DNA of 64,000 bases from Macrostomum hystrix (Eukaryota > Animalia > Platyhelminthes): contig CATNEN010000002.1 in the NCBI GenBank assembly GCA_950097015.1, positions 7,936,001 through 8,000,000 of the forward strand, in the 5' to 3' direction. The notes below the pieces were generated by a model. It was not told the DNA's origin. It saw only the letters and a program-made list of their open reading frames with translations, and ran no database searches. The stretch's first letter is position 1. Each line of letters starts with the position of its first letter. Of this stretch, positions 35,650-47,034 are shown in pieces. Position numbers and translations under genes: made by a program.

Positions 35650-36559
35650 AGTAGTATGGGTTAACAGAACTCTGCCGCAAGGAATTCCGCGGAAATTCCG
35701 TGGGGCCCTAGTTTGCGAACATAGCGCCCATGTTTTACATAGCAAAACTCTGCCGCAAGGAAGTCCTCGGAAATTCCGTGGGGTCCTAGTGTGTGAACAA
35801 ACGCTGCTTCAGCTTCTCCCATTGGTGTACGTTCAAGTTGAATCCAGGGATTCCAGGCTTCAGCTCCCCGTCAGAAGAGTAGAAGCGTCGGATAGCGATG
35901 AATCTATTGCCTTCATACTCCTGCACTTGAACTTTGAAGCCGTCGCTAAGATCCATGGTAGCAGGTCAAACTTACGTGACGAAATGGCTATTAGTTTTAA
36001 AGAAATCCTCTCTTAACAATAAAAAAATCCCCACCCTTATATACCAGCGGAGTGGGGTGGGTTAATGTAATGGGGTGGGTGAGACTGTGGGCGCATATAA
36101 TACTAAGAAAACATATAATAACATTAGGCAGAGTTTATGTATCCATGCTACGCATCCACTGTCCGATTTCTACAGTGTTGGCCATACCCACTGCAAACAG
36201 ACGGTGGTTTCGCTGTTTTCCCCAGACCAACAGTTGTTTTGTTGTTGTCTTCATATGAAAAAAAATAACACAGACCAGAGCAAAAGTGAAATTCCCATTG
36301 GAGGAGTGGAACTGAATTAACAATCGGTTTATCAGACTACACTGACTGCCTCTCTCCCTCTCAGACAGCTTTACCTGCGACAGAGTCCACTATGCAAACA
36401 CATGGCGTTTGTTCACACACTAGGACCCCACGGAATTTCCGAGGACTTCCTTGCGGCAGAGTTTTGCTATGTAAAACATAGGCGCTATGTTCGCAAACTA
36501 GGGCCCCACGGAATTTCCGCGGAATTCCTTGCGGCAGAGTTCTGTTAACCCATACTACT
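35650..36559. mobile_element. Non-autonomous mini-Polinton/Maverick (910 bp)
   Basis: 155-bp TIRs (35650-35804 and 36405-36559) beginning AGTAGT, nearly identical; 6-bp TSD GCTTGC at 35644-35649 and 36560-36565. Confidence 0.88.
35786..35956 (-). CDS. PC4/Sub1-like ssDNA-binding domain ORF (56 aa; below the ORF-track cutoff)
   Basis: MDLSDGFKVQVQEYEGNRFIAIRRFYSSDGELKPGIPGFNLNVHQWEKLKQRLFTH* aligns by eye to the PC4 consensus V.V.DFKGK..IDIREY...GE.KPG.KGISL...QW..LK. A TATATAA lies 81 nt upstream (36043-36037, minus strand). Confidence 0.82.
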   Translation of the reverse strand: MDLSDGFKVQVQEYEGNRFIAIRRFYSSDGELKPGIPGFNLNVHQWEKLKQRLFTH

Positions 36560-36857
36560 GCTTGCAGTACGAGCTATGCTCCAGATTATTAATTTTAAGA
36601 AGAAGTGCTTTGTATTTGTATTGACTTACTTGGGTTTATCCTCAGAGCCTGTTGCTATGACAACAGTGGCCTGTTTCTACTCATCATCGCTTACCTTGGG
36701 TTGTCTGCCGAAGTATTTGTTCCCAATTCTACCTTAAGGCGTACTAAACGCAATTGTATGCGCTGCATTGCACAGGTGAGAGGAATTCCTACGTCTGTTC
36801 CTATGTCTGGTGTCCATGAGCCTGAGAACTTTCGTCAAGCTACAGCTCATAACTCCA

Positions 36858-37598
36858 TCATGGCACTGCTGCTGGCTGCTTCTCTCTCTTGGTTTGCTGA
36901 GTATCGTTTGACTTTGAGTTTGAGTTTGAGTTTGAGATGTTGTACAAAATATTCGTTCGCTTTCCCTTAAATACCCAATCAAGACTGAGATTACTTCTGA
37001 TTAGAATATTCAAACCCTTTACAATGTCTGCGATATTGGGTGCTAAGAACAGACCGCTTAGCAGGGTCCTCGAAACTACCTCCGGTGATGCAGTCTGTGC
37101 CTTATAAACTTTCTTCTCGAATCCCAATTCCCTATACCATGTGTCATCTTTAAATTCAACCTCAGCATCTTTGTGAACTTGCATGACCACTCTCATTACA
37201 GTGAGATCATAGGATAGTTTGATAGGGAACAGTTTAGTCTCTGGCTTGCTTGCATTAGGTGTCTCAAAATGGCCTCTTTTAGTAAAAACACTTTCTAGAA
37301 AGTAATTGTAGGTATCCACACTTTGCGTGCTCACAGGGAATACCACAGCTTCTGCTGCTGCACCTTTCCATTTGTAATGAAACTTATTATTTGCTGCTGT
37401 CACATTGGGAACGTTTGACCAACCAGTGAAGTCGTTAAGATATACATGGTAATTAGCACCTGGATCCAGGCGAATCGCCTGCTCTAATTTTTCAACAAAT
37501 ATACCGTTTGAGTAATTAATTCGCCCAGCTATTGTAATAGGAATGCTCTCCTTAGAGTGAGAAATAATATTATTTAGTCTTTCAGCAATCGCTTCCAT
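36858..37598 (-). CDS. Minor capsid protein (penton); 3' end probably truncated near 36935
   Basis: IRLDPGANYHVYLNDFTGWSNVPNVTAANNKFHY and NILIRSNL match the Polinton penton pattern; it lies directly downstream of the MCP. Confidence 0.75.
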   Translation of the reverse strand: MEAIAERLNNIISHSKESIPITIAGRINYSNGIFVEKLEQAIRLDPGANYHVYLNDFTGWSNVPNVTAANNKFHYKWKGAAAEAVVFPVSTQSVDTYNYFLESVFTKRGHFETPNASKPETKLFPIKLSYDLTVMRVVMQVHKDAEVEFKDDTWYRELGFEKKVYKAQTASPEVVSRTLLSGLFLAPNIADIVKGLNILIRSNLSLDWVFKGKRTNILYNISNSNSNSKSNDTQQTKREKQPAAVP

Positions 37599-37621
37599 TT
37601 TTCAGCCCCGAAAAAAAATAT

Positions 37622-38908
37622 TTAAACTTTACTGGATGAATTGTTGATCATGTTATGCTTCACCTTCCTCTCGAACGCATAGATAATGTACAGGTCAACA
37701 GCAGTTGCGGCAGTCCTCTCAATGTTAGTCACGATATTCACAGGGCTGTTATCAGTAGGCATTTGTCTGGCAGACACATCAGCGCCAAACATCGGATAAA
37801 GAGTTCCATATTGAAGAGCAGTGATAGCAATTCCATTGTTCTCTTTCACAGCCAAGTCGAACAACTCGCTGTAAAATTTGCTAATCTTGTTCTGAATAAA
37901 ATTTTCATTTTGTGGCAGTGCAGGGTAAAGATTATCACTGATTTCATGCTGAATGGACCGCACATCTCCATGCATGTAGCGTATAATGTTATTTTGGTTT
38001 CTCATGTTAATAATAATATACCTGGGATTGCTGCATGATCCCTCTTTAATGCAGATGTTTGTTCTGGTTTCGTTTCGCTCATCTCGACACATGTAGGCCG
38101 TGTAGGCGACATCAATGTCCTTCTCTATTGCCTTGAGATAATCTGCTTTTAGTGCGGTCTTTGGCTCAATGACTTCCAAATACAGCTCGATTCCGGTTAG
38201 CTTCACTTCCATCCTAGTGTGGTCCGCCCCAGTCCACAACACTCTACTGCGATCATCTCTAGTCATCTTAAAGGTGTAGCTGAAGTTACTAGTCAGTCGA
38301 TTAAATGTATTACAGAATCCACTCATAAATCTCAGTGGTACGAATACATCAACAGACCGATACAGCGGGTTCTTAGCAGCATCATCAGCACCTTGCAATG
38401 CATAGTTGTATCTCTTCTTCCTCTTTTTATAGCCACTGTCATTGATATCTCCTTCTTTTTAATCTGCAATGAAACCTGCACCACTCCCCAACTGAATAAA
38501 ATCTGGATTCTCGATCAAACAATGAGCGTCATAGACAATTCCAAAGTTGGCGATTCGCTCCAACTCTGTGCTACCATTCGATACACTAAACTCCTTGAGC
38601 ATGTACGCCCAAAAGTTACTGATCAGAGCCACATCTGCATCATGCTTGTCAACGTTAGCATGAGCTGCATCCGCACCTCCCTTTGTCTTGAATTGAAATG
38701 TCATATGGAAGCCGCTCTTAAGACTGTGCACACTAACCAGAGACGAACATCCATTGTAGGTGAATGTCAGTGTTTGACCAGGTCCAAGATTAGTTTCATT
38801 CTGATTTTCCTGACTGGGAACTCTTACTTGAGTCGCTTTGATTGTGCTATTATCGCTCAAAATAGGCTTGTTAATTTTGTAGAAAACTGGTGTCAGTGGG
38901 TCGTTCAT
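37622..38908 (-). pseudogene. Major capsid protein (double jelly roll) with one in-frame TAA at 38461-38459
   Basis: ORFs 38459-38908 and 37622-38398 are in the same frame, linked by KEGDINDSGYKKR. Motifs: VFVPLRFMSGFC, PRYIII, YPALP, LYPMFGADVS. Confidence 0.85.
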
Positions 38909-38970
38909 TTTTTTAAACTAAAAAAATAAAAAAATAAATGAAGAGAAGAAATGCGCACTAAATATCTGAA

Positions 38971-40930
38971 TTGGAGAAGCTAGCACAAGCAGAAAAGAGA
39001 GTTACCGGGCTAATCAATAAGGAGCAACAATCCTACAATGAGTTTGTCCAAGCAGCCACAGAGTTTCAAAAACCCGGGTATGGAGAAGCTAAGAAAAATA
39101 TTGATCAAGTCAAAGAAACTATTGATGACATACAGGAAACCCAGGTGCAAAAGGCTTTGGACAAAATTCCAGAAGCACCGCAGATACAACAATCTGCAGA
39201 ATCCCATCAATCACAATCACTAAAAGTGACAGATAACATTTTTGGACCAGTAGAACGTGTAGAACATGATGGAAAATATGTATTTGGAATAAGTATGTGG
39301 AGAAAAAGCATTTATAATGAACCAGTGGAATATTATTATTATTATTATTTAGACGCTGAAGAGTCAGAGACCCTTAGCGCTCACACGCTCGCGAAAAAGC
39401 TCAGAGGGGCAGGAAGTAGCCTCAAGCGGAGTGAGGTTGATGGCCTGTAGGTCATTAGTGAAGGTCTTTAAGAGAGTTTCAGTGCGCGCATGTCCGCGTC
39501 GAAAAGGATCGCTTGGCGGATTTAGCACAACGATCGCAAAGGGGTTGGTTTCTCCACGTCCGTAGCTGCGTAGCACGTGGCCGAGAAGCCGCTGTCTCCG
39601 CGCCCTGAGAATGGAGCTCACCGGCGGGACGCAGGAGCGAGCAGCGAGCGCACGGTTTGACAGCCTTTCGGGGTAGCGTACATCCAGAGCGAAACGCAGG
39701 AAGGCTCTGAAAGTGGCGTCGAGAGCCCGCTTGCGAGATTCCGTGATTGGGAGAGCCTCCAAGCCATAAAGGAATATCGGCTCTACGGCAGCACGAAAAA
39801 TCCGGATTTTGAGTTGGTCAGGCACGGGCGAGCAGAAGATGGGGCTCAGCTGTCGAGCAGCTGTCCAGGCTTGCGCACGACGATCGGCGACGATGTCCTC
39901 CGGAGAGACCACCAGCGAGCCGAGGTACCGAAAATCCGAGCAGACAGAGATTTCGTCACCGTTAGCAAGGGTAAGAGGAGCCGGGTCGCTGATGCCGACG
40001 TGGAGCACCTCGGTCTTGCGAGCGTTCACTTCGAGGCCGACTCTGGCACCTTCCTCGCAGATTCTGTTGAGCGCTAACTGAGTGGAATATTATATCGACA
40101 TAAACAAAAATTATATTTCTGTTGTCAAAGGCTCAGAAACTAAAAGCATAATTTTCACAGAAACATTACTGAATTTTATGACTAAAAACCAAGAGAAAAT
40201 TTCGGACAAGCAGCTAAAGAACTATAGAGATCTAGTGAGTTTTGCTCTTGCAAGAGATATAGAAATACTAAAGCTCCCACAAGTTCTGAAAATAGTGTAT
40301 GAAAACGGTGTCATCCTGACTAGATTCAAAAAGTACAAGCATTTTAAACAATGGTTTGGTTTGCCAGATCAAGAAGATGCCATAAAATATCTAGAACAGC
40401 AACCGCCACAGCAGCAACCGCCACAGCAGCAACCGCCACAGCAGCAACAAACATTCAAACCCGAAGACATACTCAGTGCCCTTGAAAATGCAGATCCGAC
40501 TCAAGTAGCTAATTATAAGAGTAAGTACCCGGATACCTGGCAACAACTAGAAAATTTCTCCCCAGATCAAATGAATAAAATCAAAGCAAGAGTGTTCACA
40601 CCACAACAAAGACCAGTAGTGAGTTCACCTTCAGACCAGTCCTCCACCGACCAGTCCTCCACTGACCAATCATTTCAGTCGCCTGAAAACCCCACTGGAA
40701 AAGGAATTTCTGACATCTATAAGCGAGTGGCTGTTCTTCTTGGAGCTGCAAAGACTGGCATGAAAGACGAAAATAGAAAAGAATTTGTCAACATCCTGGA
40801 CAAAATGATTGAAAAGAAGTATATCGACAAACGGGCAAGAGAGCTTCTGCTTTCACGTTTTAACAAAAATAATTTCTTCCCTAATAAAAATGCCGATTAT
40901 TTTCGAAAAAGATGTGGAAAAATACTATGA
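38971..40930 (+). pseudogene. Conserved Polinton accessory/structural protein split by a LINE
   Basis: Removing the insertion fuses ...SIYNEPVEYY to IDINKNY...; the C-terminus GKGISDIYKRVAVLLGAAKTG..EFVNILDKM resembles a recurrent Polinton ORF ending. Confidence 0.65.
39337..40080 (-). mobile_element. 5'-truncated RTE-like LINE inserted in a Polinton gene
   Basis: TSD AGTGGAATATTAT at 39324-39336 and 40081-40093; (AAT)n tail; RT C-terminus NARKTEVL..FRYLGS..FRAAVEPIFLYG. Confidence 0.9.
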
Positions 40931-41246
40931 CAAGGAGGAACTTAATCTAATTAAGCGTGGATCCGGACTTTTCCCGGCAGGTCACTATCCGAGGAAAGAA
41001 CGCTCCGGGAATGGTCTTGCTAACATGATTGCACAGGGTGCTCGGGTCTTTAAAGTCATTAGTGAGAACAAAGATAATATTAAGAACGTGGCTGAATCAG
41101 TGGGAAGCGTTGTCACTGCGGCTAAAAAGATAAAGGATACTGTAACACAAGATTCAGCCACCATTGGCACCATTGGCTCCGCTGGCTCCGCTGGCCCAGA
41201 ATCCAGACAGTGTGGACCCTGCAATCTACGAGAAGATGAGAGCTAG
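40890..41246 (+). CDS. Small Polinton ORF with GxG motifs and an amphipathic helix (possible virion core/cement protein)
   Basis: MPIIFEK...KRGSGLFP...RSGNGLANMIAQGARVFKVI; function inferred from position and composition only. Confidence 0.5.
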   Translation: MPIIFEKDVEKYYDKEELNLIKRGSGLFPAGHYPRKERSGNGLANMIAQGARVFKVISENKDNIKNVAESVGSVVTAAKKIKDTVTQDSATIGTIGSAGSAGPESRQCGPCNLREDES

Positions 41247-41334
41247 CGTTAAAAAGGAAGTGGTTTCAAATTCGACTAGCGTACAAGGGTACTAGGGTAT
41301 ACTTTTCGAGGGTACAAGACATGTAAGGGTACAA

Positions 41335-41482
41335 GACTAGTCCCAAAAAGACACATCTAAGTCCCAAAAAGACATATCTAAGTCCCAAAAAGACACATAT
41401 AAGTCCCAAAAAGACACATATAAGTCCCAAAAAGACACATATAAGTCCCAAAAAGACACATATAAGTCCCAAAAAGACACAT
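41335..41482. repeat. 21-bp tandem repeat (AAGTCCCAAAAAGACACATAT)n
   Basis: About 7 copies in the spacer upstream of the ATPase. Confidence 0.95.
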
Positions 41483-41527
41483 CTTCTAAATGATTAACTT
41501 TTAATATATATTTTTAATCATAGAAAA

Positions 41528-42328
41528 ATGGACTTTTCAAACGACTTCAATCCTCACTGGACGCGTAATCAGATTAAGTTTTCTCATCACGAGTCAATCC
41601 CGAGTCACTTCAGATGCATTGTTGTTGGGTCATCAGGTTCAGGCAAAACATTCAGAGTCTTTGACATGCTGCTTAGACCTGGCTTTATCGACTATGACAC
41701 TCTACACATCTACTCACCCACCCTGTATCAAGATGAGTATAAAATGTTGATCTCTGGACTGCAAAACAAACTGACCAAAGAGGACATTATTCAATGTTTT
41801 AATAACCAAAAGAGCCTTCCCAGTAACCCAGAAATTGTAGCTGCCGAATATGCAAAGCACCTCAAAGACAATGAAAAATGGCAGAACATTAAAGTGTTCA
41901 CCTATGGAGATCCGCAGGTTGATCCTAAGACCAAACTTCTACCCCAACCAGATGAGCTAGAAAAGGGCAGAAAACATTTGATTGTCTTTGATGATTGCAT
42001 GACAGGCCTACAGAAGCAGATAGAAAACTATTTTACAAGAGGACGGCATAACAATTGTAACGTAATTTACATTGCCCAGAATTGGTTCGAGCTCCCGAAC
42101 AAAACAATTCGTGGGAACTGCAATCTGATCCTCCTGTTTCTAACAATTCCACAGGACAGGCTAAAATAATTTTACAATGAGGTCATTGCGCCTGCCTATT
42201 TTATAAATCCAACAAAAAACTCCAACAGAAAGATTTCACAGGATGAATTCGTTAATCTTTGCTATGACAAGTGGAATCAACCTTACCAGTTTGTGATGAT
42301 CAACAAAGAAAAAAGAACTGTAATTTAA
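41528..42328 (+). pseudogene. A32/FtsK-like genome-packaging ATPase with an in-frame TAA at 42167-42169
   Basis: Walker A GSSGSGKT, Walker B IVFDD and RGRHNNCNVIYIAQ; the frame continues after the stop as FYNEV...CYDKWNQPYQFVMIN. Confidence 0.92.
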
Positions 42329-42353
42329 ATAAATTTAAAATTTCTATTTAAAA

Positions 42354-43091
42354 ATGTCTATTAATTTTGCAGGTGAATCGTTGGATCGCGGAAGCACACT
42401 CACTAGTGCTCAAGTTTCTTACCTTGACAGGCGTTATATAAATGTTGACGAAAAAATTCCAGAAATCAAACTCATTAAAGATCAATTGAAAGCCCTAGAG
42501 CGGGCAAAACACCAACAACAACTAAACATGGAAGACCTGCGGTTGAACGTAGCAAAGCGGAAGGAAGAGATTGACATACTATATTTACAGTTTGTTCGTG
42601 ATCGGGATGCACTTGATACTCTTGTTGCAGAGATAACCACTCTGAGATCGGCAATCGCCACTCTGAGATCAGACATCGCCACTCTGAGAACTGCCATTAA
42701 TAATCGAGCAAACTTGGTGGAAGAAAGAGTAGCAGAAAATTCAAATAAAGTTCGAAATTTAGAAGCCTTAATGCTAAGATCAAGCACTGTGCATGATAGA
42801 TTGAGTTCGCGACTCACAGCAGCAGAGTCAGATATAACAACTCTTCAGAGACTAGCAAATGAAACAAAGGAAACAATAAGACCCATGGGGCTAAACGTAA
42901 CAAGACACACTGAGTATTTGAATCGGATATACAACGACTGGGGGGAAACGAAAAGAAGACTCGGCCGACTAGAGAGACTGCACAATCTGCCAGACATTGA
43001 CATTGAAGAAGCAAGAGTATCTGATGGACCATCAGAAGAGGCATCAAGGGAGGCAGCAAGGCGTGCAACAGATTTGCGAGAAAGGTCATAA
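42354..43091 (+). CDS. Polinton coiled-coil protein of unknown function
   Basis: Intact 245-aa ORF with a long heptad pattern (IATLRSAIATLRSDIATLRTAI). Confidence 0.65.
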   Translation: MSINFAGESLDRGSTLTSAQVSYLDRRYINVDEKIPEIKLIKDQLKALERAKHQQQLNMEDLRLNVAKRKEEIDILYLQFVRDRDALDTLVAEITTLRSAIATLRSDIATLRTAINNRANLVEERVAENSNKVRNLEALMLRSSTVHDRLSSRLTAAESDITTLQRLANETKETIRPMGLNVTRHTEYLNRIYNDWGETKRRLGRLERLHNLPDIDIEEARVSDGPSEEASREAARRATDLRERS

Positions 43092-43120
43092 AAAATTAAA
43101 TTTTTTTTCTCGTTCAAAAA

Positions 43121-43768
43121 ATGTCAGAAAAAAAAAACTCGCTATATGATCAAGAGCAACCTAGTGCTCCTTACCAACCTAGTGCTCCTTCAAACTACCA
43201 ACCCATTTACCCAACCCCAGTTATATTCACTTGCAACTCGCAGCAATTCAGATTGGTGGAGATTCAAAAGATGCGAGATGATATTGAACGGCAAATTGAT
43301 CATAATACCAAGAAACTGAAGCGCTATAATAGCCAGTGCAAGGTCTTCGATTACCTTAATATGCTTCTTGGATCTGTATCTGTTCTATCGGGATCAGCAG
43401 CTGCTGTTTCAACAATTCCAGTAATCACTGCGCCAATCGCCATTCCACTCGGAGCTGTTGGTGCCACATGTGGTCTGATTTCAGCAGTTACAGGGGCACT
43501 ATCACGGAACAGACGACAAAAGCTAAAACATCTACATGCGAAGCAAACAAATGAGAAATCAGTACAGAACTCTATCATCGGGTACATCTCAAAGGCGATT
43601 GAGGACAAGTGCATTTCAGAGGATGAGTTTAAAAACATTCAAGCCCTCTATGAACAGCGAGTAAGGCTTAATCTAAATGCCATTGATGAAATGAGCCAGC
43701 TAAAAACTGATCTGGAGAATGTGTTCAAACAGCATGTGGCGAAAGTAGCGAAAATGAACAGGACCTAA
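43121..43768 (+). CDS. Polinton membrane-associated protein (hydrophobic hairpin)
   Basis: FRLVEI, a Gly/Ala-rich hydrophobic hairpin, and ISKAIEDKCISEDEF, a pattern I recognise as recurrent in Polinton ORFs. Confidence 0.7.
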   Translation: MSEKKNSLYDQEQPSAPYQPSAPSNYQPIYPTPVIFTCNSQQFRLVEIQKMRDDIERQIDHNTKKLKRYNSQCKVFDYLNMLLGSVSVLSGSAAAVSTIPVITAPIAIPLGAVGATCGLISAVTGALSRNRRQKLKHLHAKQTNEKSVQNSIIGYISKAIEDKCISEDEFKNIQALYEQRVRLNLNAIDEMSQLKTDLENVFKQHVAKVAKMNRT

Positions 43769-44160
43769 AATGATTTCTTTGTAACTTTTTCGGGTGTGGG
43801 TCATTGCATACAAAACGGTCATACACAGCTCGCCACAAACATCACTGTTAATACCCTGAAGCATGAAATCTGAGCGGTATATTTTATGTCTCATTTTATG
43901 TCTCATATGAGTCATATAATTTCTCAGTTGTTCAGGTACAGCAGTTCCATAGCTATCAAAGTAATAGTACTTGTGTTTACGGTTCGGATCAATTACCCAA
44001 CAAACCCAATGAGAACCTGGCTTTTCTGCAGGGTCAAAGTTCATGATTCCACATTTTTTTCTAGTGGGGATTCTGGCAGTGTATCCTTCATAAAGACTCC
44101 TCGGAAGTTTGGGATTTTTAATTGCTGAGCTAGCTCTTCTAAATAAATATTGGTTGTCAT
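43700..44160 (-). pseudogene. Adenain-like cysteine protease with a frameshift in an A-run near 44055
   Basis: MTTNIYLEELAQQLKIPNFRGVFMKDTLP, then the shifted frame CGIMNFD..GSHWV..YFDSYG..Q..SDVCGELC. Confidence 0.9.
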
Positions 44161-44178
44161 TTTTTTACAAATTTTTTG

Positions 44179-46519
44179 TTACAAATTATTTAATCTATAG
44201 TGTCCAAATGGTAGGCTGTTAATTTTGTCAGCAAAGATATATCGTTTGTTATCAGCACCTGAGAGGCCTATCTTTTTCTGTTGAATTGTGTGAATGTTGT
44301 GGTTCTTAGACTGCAGTTTCATAAATTCATGGGTGGTGAGTTTATTACTGATCAATGCGTCCTTGTATGAAGCTTCATGAAGATCGTTTTTAACAACATG
44401 TTTTGGGATTCCTTTTGATTTTTTAATGGTAGACTTACAACTTTCAACAAAATAGGACTTTGCCCTCAAACCGATAAACTCTGTAATGAGGGTGCCAGCC
44501 GTTTCATCCTTCATTTTTCCTACAACTTTTTGATTTGTTGTATCACGTACCTGATCGCCTTTCAAAGTCTTGAAGGACTCTTGATATTCGGATAGGTCAT
44601 ACAGATGTTTTTGCTTCAACATGTCCTGATAGACATCCTCAGTCTGTATGTTTAGAATTAGGGAGTCTGTGTCAGTATATAAAAGTTTCAGTTGTTCACC
44701 ATATTGTCGCTTCATGTCATAGAAGAATTTATACATCAGACGCTTCGACTCATCGAGTACAGTCACACCTGTAAATATGGGCTTGCATAGGGTAACTTTA
44801 GTCTTATAGAACAGTATGGCGCCCAAGTAATCATTAAAGATATGAAGCTCTTTGAAAGTGGGCTTTGATAAACTTGTCTGAATGACACCAGGCTCATGAC
44901 AGGTAACGAGTTTCAGGTTCGTGCGGTTGCGTTCGTTTTCTAGTGTCTTGCCATAGACAGAGTTGTTTGCAAGCTTGAACAGGTCCTTGTCAAAGCTGTT
45001 TGTTGCTTTAGTTCTAAACTGGGTGTTTTTTTTCTATGTATGGCTTCATCCACGCTTCTTCTGTGAATGCGAGAGCCCTAGCCTGTGAACTTTCGTGACC
45101 CTACAGCCTAGGGAGATAAAATACCGCAACAGTTTGTAGTAGATTTTATAGCGTGTCTTGTTCATGAGATTTTGAGTTAACTTTTTCACATGCTCTTTTT
45201 CTGTTGATAGCCACCAGCTTCCATTGTACTGGATTATCTCTGGACAGTTAATGTTCTCAGGGAAGGGGGCAAAGTCAGAGAAATAGTCGTGAAGTTCCCA
45301 TGGGATTTCAACATTAACTTCATAGATCGCAGGTATTGAAAAGTCTGTGTTGCATTCTGTTAGCCACCTAAAATCTCTAACAGGTAAATCTTGGCTCATA
45401 GCCCAACCATAGAGGTTGTTGGCATCCAGGTAAAGGATGTAGTTTGAAGGCTTTTCTTTTTCATAGTCTTCTAGATACGGATTGTTCGCCTTTGCATACC
45501 TATGGACACAAATTGAGATGCCACCTCTCTTAGATGAATCTATAAAGTTGTACATGTCTATGTCTGTAAGCAGCTCGATGTACCAGTTGGGATTGTGTCA
45601 AAATAGATATTATAATGAGAAGTTCTCTCTGGGTGGGCTCGATCTTTCTCATACCATATTGCAGACAGAACGGCCCATAGTGCACAGCATTGGTCATAAT
45701 TTTGCACATTGATGCAAGCCTTTTTTCCGCTAACTTTTTGGGAGCACAATATATGATGAGGCTTTGAGAGGGTCATATTTCATGATCATTACTGTAGCTT
45801 TTTGAATGCCATTGACAACCCAACCTGATCCTCTGGAAGTAAAGGCGTCAATCTTTTTACTGATCTCTTGAAGAAAGGGATCCTGTGTGTCAGTGGGAGT
45901 AAAGGGTAGAGCTTTAGTAGTCATGTAGTATTCAAGACGCTCAGTGGGTTTTGCAGGCATGTAAAATTCAATCTTGAATGATAACTGAAGCTTGAAGGTC
46001 TTACGTGACTTCAGTGTGTGATCAATTACTGATTGAATTCTGTCTTTGAAGTCGTAAATGTCGGATTGGGAATTTGTGGTGTCTTCCTGGATTGTGTACT
46101 CAATATAATACTCTGTGAATTTTCTCTGTGCAAATTTAAGGTCTTCAGTTTGTAGCTCTGCTTGTAGCTCTGCTTCAACCTGGTGGATTGTACGTTCTAG
46201 ATCTTCTTGCTCTTGCTTATTCTGTGGGTATTTCGACACATTTTCACCTGTGAGTGTCTCATACTTATTGACTAAGCTGCGGCTCCTTTGTTGATGCTCA
46301 GTCGCCGGCTTCTTCACTGGTGTGTACTGCTCTGAATGCTGAAGCTGATTAATAACTTCTTGCTGTATTGCATAGCTCCCGAGGTAGCCTTGATCTTGAT
46401 TGAATTTCTGCCTGCAAAGCTCTTGCAGAGGACTTGACTTTTTTGTTGAAACGATTGAGCTTGAGGACAATAATTTTGAAAGATTCGACAAATTTTTTTT
46501 CTGGAATTGCTTTAGGCAT
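44179..46519 (-). pseudogene. Protein-primed family B DNA polymerase, frameshifted and internally deleted
   Basis: RGSGW..YDPLKASSYIVLP; RGGIS; YLDANNLYGWAM; KLANNSVYGK; YTDTDS; KMKDE; KSKGI. The exonuclease region is missing at about 45590. Confidence 0.93.
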
Positions 46520-47034
46520 TTTTAATGAAAATTTTATAAAAAAATTGGGTGGTCACCCTTAGTGAAGTGTAAAGTATGGCAAACTACTACCAACAGTGCT
46601 AAATATAGTTATGAGAGCAGATTCTGTTCTGTTCTGTTTTCACATCCGGAGTATTGTAAATCCTGCTTTATGCAGTGTCATGATGGCTTTAACGATTTCT
46701 GATTTGCTGACTGATTCATCAGCTGATTCAGCATCAGATCCACAACTACCCATTCCGATTCCGACTCCTTTTTCTCTAGCGATTTTCTCCATCTCTTGTT
46801 GATGTGCTCTGTCATTGCCAGCCTTCACAGCTGATGCAACTCCGCCGGCTACACCTCCTGCAGTATTTAATGTATAATGAAATTATACAGATACAGATAC
46901 AGGATACAGATACAGATCGGCGAGACAATGAGCACGCTCCAACTATTTTTCGATTATGGTATCTCGTGATTATTGTTTCGAGAGACAATCACACCGCCAG
47001 ACGAATTTAGTGATTCCCGCTGCGGCTTGTCAGT

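Noticed and set aside
37622-42328. In-frame TAA in both the MCP and the ATPase, suggesting stop-codon reassignment or readthrough
   Set aside because: TAA terminates other ORFs of the same element, and the protease and polymerase carry frameshifts and a deletion, so ordinary decay explains it.
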